Of a DNA stretch of 64,000 bases, positions 59,345 to 64,000 are shown piece by piece. Position numbers and translations under genes: made by a program. Source of the stretch: Candidatus Hermodarchaeota archaeon (lineage in GTDB: Archaea > Asgardarchaeota > Lokiarchaeia > Sigyniarchaeales > SOKP01); the NCBI GenBank assembly GCA_048885525.1, contig JBHLLP010000004.1, positions 59,413 to 123,412 of the forward strand, given 5' to 3'. The stretch's first letter is position 1. Every line of letters begins with the position of its first letter. A model generated the notes under the pieces. That model was not told where the DNA came from, did not search any database, and saw nothing but the letters and a program-made list of their open reading frames with translations.

Positions 59345-59448
59345 GCGCGGGTGGTCTAGTGGTATGACGACATAAATTTCGCATATCGCATTTAAAGCGT
59401 TAAACGCTCACACCGTGTAAATCAGGGGTTCAATTCCCCTCTCGCGCA
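59345..59448 (+). tRNA. tRNA-Val(CAC) with 32-nt intron in the 5' anticodon stem
   Basis: Acceptor GCGCGGG/CTCGCGC+A; D-arm GTCTAGTGGTATGAC; T-arm AGGGG-TTCAATT-CCCCT; removing 59372-59403 gives stem ACACG/CGTGT with loop CT-CAC-AC; 72-nt mature, CCA not encoded. Confidence 0.88.
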
Positions 59449-59560
59449 CTTATTATCCTAAAAACCATTATATAATTATTAAAAACTAAGCCGAAACCAA
59501 AAAAGTTATATGAAATTATACATTTTCAAAAGTTAAATTACTCTTTCTTTAGGTTATGTT

Positions 59561-59863
59561 ATGTCTAGTTTTTTGGAATCTCGAGATTTACGCAAGCAAT
59601 ATAAGAAAGTTAGAGAATATGTTAAGATTGGACCTATTTTTCTCACAAGATACGAAAAAGCTAGGATTGTAGGAGCAAGATCACTACAAATATCATTTGG
59701 AGCCCCTATTTTAGTAGAAAAGCCTAAAAACATGATAGATCCTATAAAGATCGCACAAATAGAGCTTAGATCAAAAATTTTACCGTTAACCATTAGGCGT
59801 GAAAATCCCAGTGGAGAATATCAAGATATTCCTATAAATAAGTTAATATTAAAAAAAGATTAA
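59561..59863 (+). CDS. rpoK: DNA-directed RNA polymerase subunit Rpo6 (K)
   Basis: LTRYEKARIVGAR.LQIS.GAP, DPI.IA..EL, PLTIRR. Confidence 0.96.
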   Translation: MSSFLESRDLRKQYKKVREYVKIGPIFLTRYEKARIVGARSLQISFGAPILVEKPKNMIDPIKIAQIELRSKILPLTIRRENPSGEYQDIPINKLILKKD

Positions 59864-59878
59864 ATCTTCATTTTATTT

Positions 59879-60295
59879 TTATTGAACCCGATATTTTCCT
59901 CGTTCAGTTAAGTAATAAACATGTTTATTTCCAACTGTTTCAGATTGGATATACCCTTTTGAAATTAAATTCTCAAGAATTTCTTCTAATTCTGCTTTTT
60001 TAAATCCAGGGATTCCTAAGGGTATTCTTGACTGGTTGGCGATTATCGCGATTCGTTCTAAAAATAATCTTTTATTCATAAAGGTTTCTAGGATTGTAAT
60101 TTCATCATTTGAAAGCCTTTCGAATTGATCATGCTCTAAATAGCGCTCTTTTAGAGTTTGTGCAAGATCTCTTGTTTCCGGGCTAATTTCTTGTTTTTTT
60201 ACTTGGACATGCTTTAATGTAACCAAATCTTTCGCAACAAGTCGCTTTTTTTCTTCGTTGTCTTTTTCGGTAGACTCATTATTTTTATTTTCCAT
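59879..60295 (-). CDS. Hypothetical protein with C-terminal winged helix
   Basis: LS..E..IL...L.NL.SKGYI...Y.LTERG. Confidence 0.65.
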   Translation of the reverse strand: MENKNNESTEKDNEEKKRLVAKDLVTLKHVQVKKQEISPETRDLAQTLKERYLEHDQFERLSNDEITILETFMNKRLFLERIAIIANQSRIPLGIPGFKKAELEEILENLISKGYIQSETVGNKHVYYLTERGKYRVQ

Positions 60296-60340
60296 ATTAT
60301 TACCATAAGGAATTTAATTATAAAAATTTATATTTAAATA

Positions 60341-60907
60341 ATGAATAAGGTCTTAGAACTAAAAACTGGAGAAACTATAATTATACGACACCTAAATAAA
60401 TCAGATATTGATGGGGTTTGGTATAATTTTAATGAAGTAATAGAAGAAGGTAATTATTTACCGGTATTTTTTCCTGTGAGATCACAATTAGAAAAAGATT
60501 CATGGTATCGTAATATTAAAAAAGAACATGAATTATGTATCGTAGCTGAAAATCCTGATCTTAAAACTCCTTTTAATATTGTTGGACAGTGTGAAGTTTT
60601 AAACTCTGAGTGGGATGCAGCTAAGCATGTTGGAGTTTTAGGAATCATTATAAGAGAAAAATATAGAGATTTAACTATTGGAAGGAATCTTATTGATTTT
60701 GCTATTCGACAATCAAAGAAGTTAAATAATAAAGAAAAAATTATTTTAAGTAGTTTTTCAACTAATAAAAGAGCAATCTATCTTTTTAAAAAATTAGGTT
60801 TTGAAGTAATTGGTATAAGAAAAAAACAATTCCTAATGGATTCAAATTACATTGATGAGATTCTAATGGAATTATGGATTGATGATTATATTATTCAAAA
60901 TCAATAA
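60341..60907 (+). CDS. GNAT family N-acetyltransferase
   Basis: GI.I...YR...IG..L, N.RAI.L.KKLGF...G. Confidence 0.9.
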   Translation: MNKVLELKTGETIIIRHLNKSDIDGVWYNFNEVIEEGNYLPVFFPVRSQLEKDSWYRNIKKEHELCIVAENPDLKTPFNIVGQCEVLNSEWDAAKHVGVLGIIIREKYRDLTIGRNLIDFAIRQSKKLNNKEKIILSSFSTNKRAIYLFKKLGFEVIGIRKKQFLMDSNYIDEILMELWIDDYIIQNQ

Positions 60908-61036
60908 AAATGTAAATGTTGATTTTAATAACTTAAAACAGCTATACATTTAGATATAAAATTTACATAGAAACCTATTAATAAGAATAAACTTTACCTT
61001 TTATTTAATGGGAATATTATTGATAGTTCTCCTTTT

Positions 61037-61645
61037 ATGCTAAAATACAAAATTTGTGTAGCAGGTTCCAAGGGCGTTGGAAAATCTTCACTGATAACTA
61101 GATATGTAGATGATATATTCAGTGAGAAAACACAACAAACGATTGGGGTAGCTTTTAAAAGAAAAGAGGTTAAGATTAAGGAAAATCTAAGTATTGAATT
61201 GAATATATGGGATTTTGGAGGTGAAGAAAAATATCGAATTCTGTTTCCTGCATATGTGAATGGCGCTGCAGCAGCATTATTACTCTACGACACTACTAAT
61301 AAGAGATCTTTGGATGAAATTAAGAATTGGGTTCAAATCATTGATAATAATTCCAACGAAATTATTAAGGTTACAATTGGTACGAAAACTGACTTAAAAG
61401 AACAACGCGAAATTTCTAAAGCTGATGCTATTAAAATTAGTACTAAATTCAACTGTTATGGAGATCCTATTGGCACTTCATCAAAAACAGGGGAAAATGT
61501 TGAAAAAGCCTTTCACAACGTAGTAGAAGGAATTATGGAACAAAATTTACAAGAATGCAAAAGTTGTAGGGAATTTTTTTCTAAAAAACTAAAATATTGC
61601 AGCTTTTGTGGAGAGGGAACAGAAATTAGTACCATCAGTTCATAA
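61037..61645 (+). CDS. Rab-like small GTPase with C-terminal zinc ribbon
   Basis: GSKGVGKSS, TIGV.F, IWDFGG, TKTD, TSSKTG.NV; CKSC...CSFCG. Confidence 0.9.
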   Translation: MLKYKICVAGSKGVGKSSLITRYVDDIFSEKTQQTIGVAFKRKEVKIKENLSIELNIWDFGGEEKYRILFPAYVNGAAAALLLYDTTNKRSLDEIKNWVQIIDNNSNEIIKVTIGTKTDLKEQREISKADAIKISTKFNCYGDPIGTSSKTGENVEKAFHNVVEGIMEQNLQECKSCREFFSKKLKYCSFCGEGTEISTISS

Positions 61646-61650
61646 AAATT

Positions 61651-62478
61651 TTATAAATCTTCTTTCTTCCTCCTATAAAGGGATGGTGGAATTTTTACAC
61701 TTTCTATTGGTTTGCTTTTAAGTCTTTGAATAAATACTTGAAGTTCCATCTTAGCATTTTCTATTGAAGATTCAATTTCTTTCTTTACATTTTCTACGCC
61801 AAGAACAAGATCTCCATGACTAGGAAAAAAACTATTAATTCGCAATGAGTTTAGAATTTGCAACGAGTTAATATACTCTGAAATTGAACCAGATTCATAA
61901 ATGTTTGTAATTGCACCTTTATATAATGTATCACCTGTGAAGATATATTGCTTATCTTGTTCATAAATACAAATACAACCAGATGTATGACCAGGGGTCT
62001 CGATAATTTTTAAAACAACATTTCCTAAATCAATTATATTTCTATCCTCAAGCCATATGTTAATTCTCAAATTAGATAAATCTACATCCCACTTTTTCCC
62101 TTTTGTTATCAATTCATCAGTATGTTGGATTTTTGTGGCAGCCCACCTATGTGCTGCAATTGGACAATGAAGATAAGCATTAGAACTAATATGATCAAAA
62201 TGTTCATGAGTATTGATCACTAAATTAATATCTTCAATTTTTAAGCCCACTTCAGTTGTAAGCAGATAATTTAGACTATTAAATTTTGTAATTATGCCAG
62301 TATCAATTAATACATTCAAATCCTCTCCAATAATTAGATAAATATGAGAACCCGCTCCCGTTGTATAAAATTGATACACATTAGGTTTAACAAGGTTTAA
62401 TGTATAACCTATTTTTCCATAGATGTCATCCTTTTTAATTAATCGCGGTTGAAACAACACAGAATTATTATTTGACAT
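61651..62478 (-). CDS. Metallo-beta-lactamase-fold hydrolase
   Basis: IDTG, THEHFDH, TPGHT, FTGD, PSHG. Confidence 0.92.
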   Translation of the reverse strand: MSNNNSVLFQPRLIKKDDIYGKIGYTLNLVKPNVYQFYTTGAGSHIYLIIGEDLNVLIDTGIITKFNSLNYLLTTEVGLKIEDINLVINTHEHFDHISSNAYLHCPIAAHRWAATKIQHTDELITKGKKWDVDLSNLRINIWLEDRNIIDLGNVVLKIIETPGHTSGCICIYEQDKQYIFTGDTLYKGAITNIYESGSISEYINSLQILNSLRINSFFPSHGDLVLGVENVKKEIESSIENAKMELQVFIQRLKSKPIESVKIPPSLYRRKKEDL

Positions 62479-62585
62479 ATAGCTTCACTATAGAAATTAG
62501 TTTATTGTGATAATATTTTTAAAAGCAAGATTCAATAATAAAATAAAAATAATATTTAGAAATAAAGATAGACTTTTTTTTAATT

Positions 62586-63989
62586 TTACAAATCTAATTC
62601 CTTAAGTTTTACTATATTTACTTTAATATCTTCTTCTTTAAGTTTATATAACCTCCAAAATATTAAGGTTCCAGAAAACATGATAATCATCGGAAAAACT
62701 GACACTTGAAATCTTAATCCGAGCAATGCTAGTTGACTAGTTGCCCCTGATTTGTATCCTGTTAAAAGATTAACTAACCAAAAAACAAAAGCATTAATAG
62801 CTATACCAAACCTTGAGAAAAAAACATGCGTACCTTGGTAAATACCTTCCTTTCTTCTTCCTGAAATAATTGTTGCATTATCTATTATACTTGAAAAAAG
62901 TGGCATTGTCATACTAATTATAGCACCATCAACAAATCCGGCGATAATGAAAATTACTATTACAAATGGTAATCCCGATGGACCTAATGGAACACCTAAT
63001 AATGGAAGTCCCATCAACCCCAATAAAATTGCCCCAATTAAAGCTACTTTTTTTATACCCAATTTAAATGAAAATTTATACCATAGATATGCTGCTCCAA
63101 TTACGGCAAATATATAAGCAAGGGTAATTAATTCTCCCAACTTAGGTAACTGCAATATATCTTGAACGAAAAAGGGAATTGAAGCCATAATAATCCCCAT
63201 AGCCGTAGTATACACTGTATAAAGTGCCATATAACCAATAAAGTTTTTATCTTTCAACGTTGTTATCAATCCACGGAAAAATGGTTCTCTCTCAACACTC
63301 ACATCAAGACGATCGCGTCTTTCTCTCATTGTCTTATCTTCCCGAACTCCCGGGACCATTAATAATACAAATACTAACGCTAACCCTGTAGCAGTTAAAG
63401 CCTGGAAAGGATAGCCCAAATCTGGACCTAATTCATCAATTGTTAATACAGGTATCAAAACACCTAATAAAATACCCAAAGTTTCTAGCACAGTTGTAAT
63501 TGCTCCACCTATTTTTCGATCTTTATCACTGCGGAATTTATCGGGGAATAATCCAATTCGATTAACATCCATCAAGGAAAAAGCAGTATCATTAACACAT
63601 TGAACTATAAGAAACCAAAAAAATACACCTAATTGACCGAATAGAACAACAGAAGGAGCAGTGTACAGAAACATAGGAATAATCGCCCAAGGGATAGCAC
63701 CCATCATAATAAAAGGAAATCTTTTACCCCAACGTTTAGTAAATCTAGATGATCTGTCACTAAGATGACCAAGTAATGGATCATTAAACATATTATAGAT
63801 CATAAAGATAATCTGAGCGATTAGGAAGTAAGTTAAATTCAAACCAATATAAGATGTGTAATAATATGTTAGTTGTTGACCATAAATTTGACTAAACATT
63901 AGTCCTACTAAATTTCCTAGTTGAAATGACGCAATTGTTCTTTTCCGATATCTTCTTATCTCCACATTTCTGCTCTCTGTATTACTCAT
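62586..63989 (-). CDS. MFS transporter, GPH/MelB (glycoside-pentoside-hexuronide) family
   Basis: NDPLLG.LSDR.....WGKR.PF, IID....G.R.EG.Y. Confidence 0.9.
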   Translation of the reverse strand: MSNTESRNVEIRRYRKRTIASFQLGNLVGLMFSQIYGQQLTYYYTSYIGLNLTYFLIAQIIFMIYNMFNDPLLGHLSDRSSRFTKRWGKRFPFIMMGAIPWAIIPMFLYTAPSVVLFGQLGVFFWFLIVQCVNDTAFSLMDVNRIGLFPDKFRSDKDRKIGGAITTVLETLGILLGVLIPVLTIDELGPDLGYPFQALTATGLALVFVLLMVPGVREDKTMRERRDRLDVSVEREPFFRGLITTLKDKNFIGYMALYTVYTTAMGIIMASIPFFVQDILQLPKLGELITLAYIFAVIGAAYLWYKFSFKLGIKKVALIGAILLGLMGLPLLGVPLGPSGLPFVIVIFIIAGFVDGAIISMTMPLFSSIIDNATIISGRRKEGIYQGTHVFFSRFGIAINAFVFWLVNLLTGYKSGATSQLALLGLRFQVSVFPMIIMFSGTLIFWRLYKLKEEDIKVNIVKLKELDL

Positions 63990-64000
63990 TTTTATTATAT

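Noticed and set aside
65-60648. Many short antisense or nested ORFs in the track (e.g. 65-334, 3609-4061, 6525-7377 set, 21216-21566, 52058-52438, 59554-59793)
   Set aside because: They overlap well-supported genes and show no recognisable motifs
1-64000. CRISPR array, transposase, integrase or rRNA
   Set aside because: No regularly spaced repeats, terminal inverted repeats or matching protein motifs seen; no integrase beside the tRNA
1-64000. Selenoprotein (in-frame TGA) or SECIS element
   Set aside because: No recognised CDS is interrupted by TGA at a Cys-equivalent position; the TGA at 21035-21033 is part of an SD-like GGTGA

Overview
Very AT-rich, gene-dense archaeal chromosomal window. 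Gene content (archaeal Rpl37ae/Pcc1/prefoldin, Cdc48, Fen1, Nob1, aIF5A, SRP54, Hef, Rpo6, plus two Rab-like small GTPases and a Roadblock/LC7 protein) points to an Asgard archaeon, most likely Lokiarchaeia. This is an inference, not a database result. Most of the window is housekeeping: t6A/KEOPS genes, an ECF transporter, a four-subunit 2-oxoacid:ferredoxin oxidoreductase, a PPi-type phosphofructokinase, purine/pyrimidine/NAD genes, TldD/E, DNA repair genes and an intron-containing tRNA-Val(CAC). No CRISPR array, rRNA or recognisable mobile element was seen. Main leads: (1) an apparent carbohydrate/lipid-headgroup catabolic neighbourhood at 30.9-43.5 kb, built around a 2-hydroxyacid dehydrogenase-class II aldolase fusion, an SCP2 protein, an FGGY kinase, a divergent regulator with a palindromic site, and a degenerate DHDPS barrel fused to an APH-like kinase; (2) three genes whose conserved N-termini can only be reached from ATA/ATT(ATC) codons behind SD-like sequences, one of them missed entirely by the ORF track; (3) a tRNA intron at a non-canonical position; (4) zinc-ribbon-tailed Rab-like GTPases; (5) a solo AbiEii-like nucleotidyltransferase; (6) an SMI1/KNR4 immunity pseudogene; (7) a tandem MFS duplication that kept a shared upstream palindrome.
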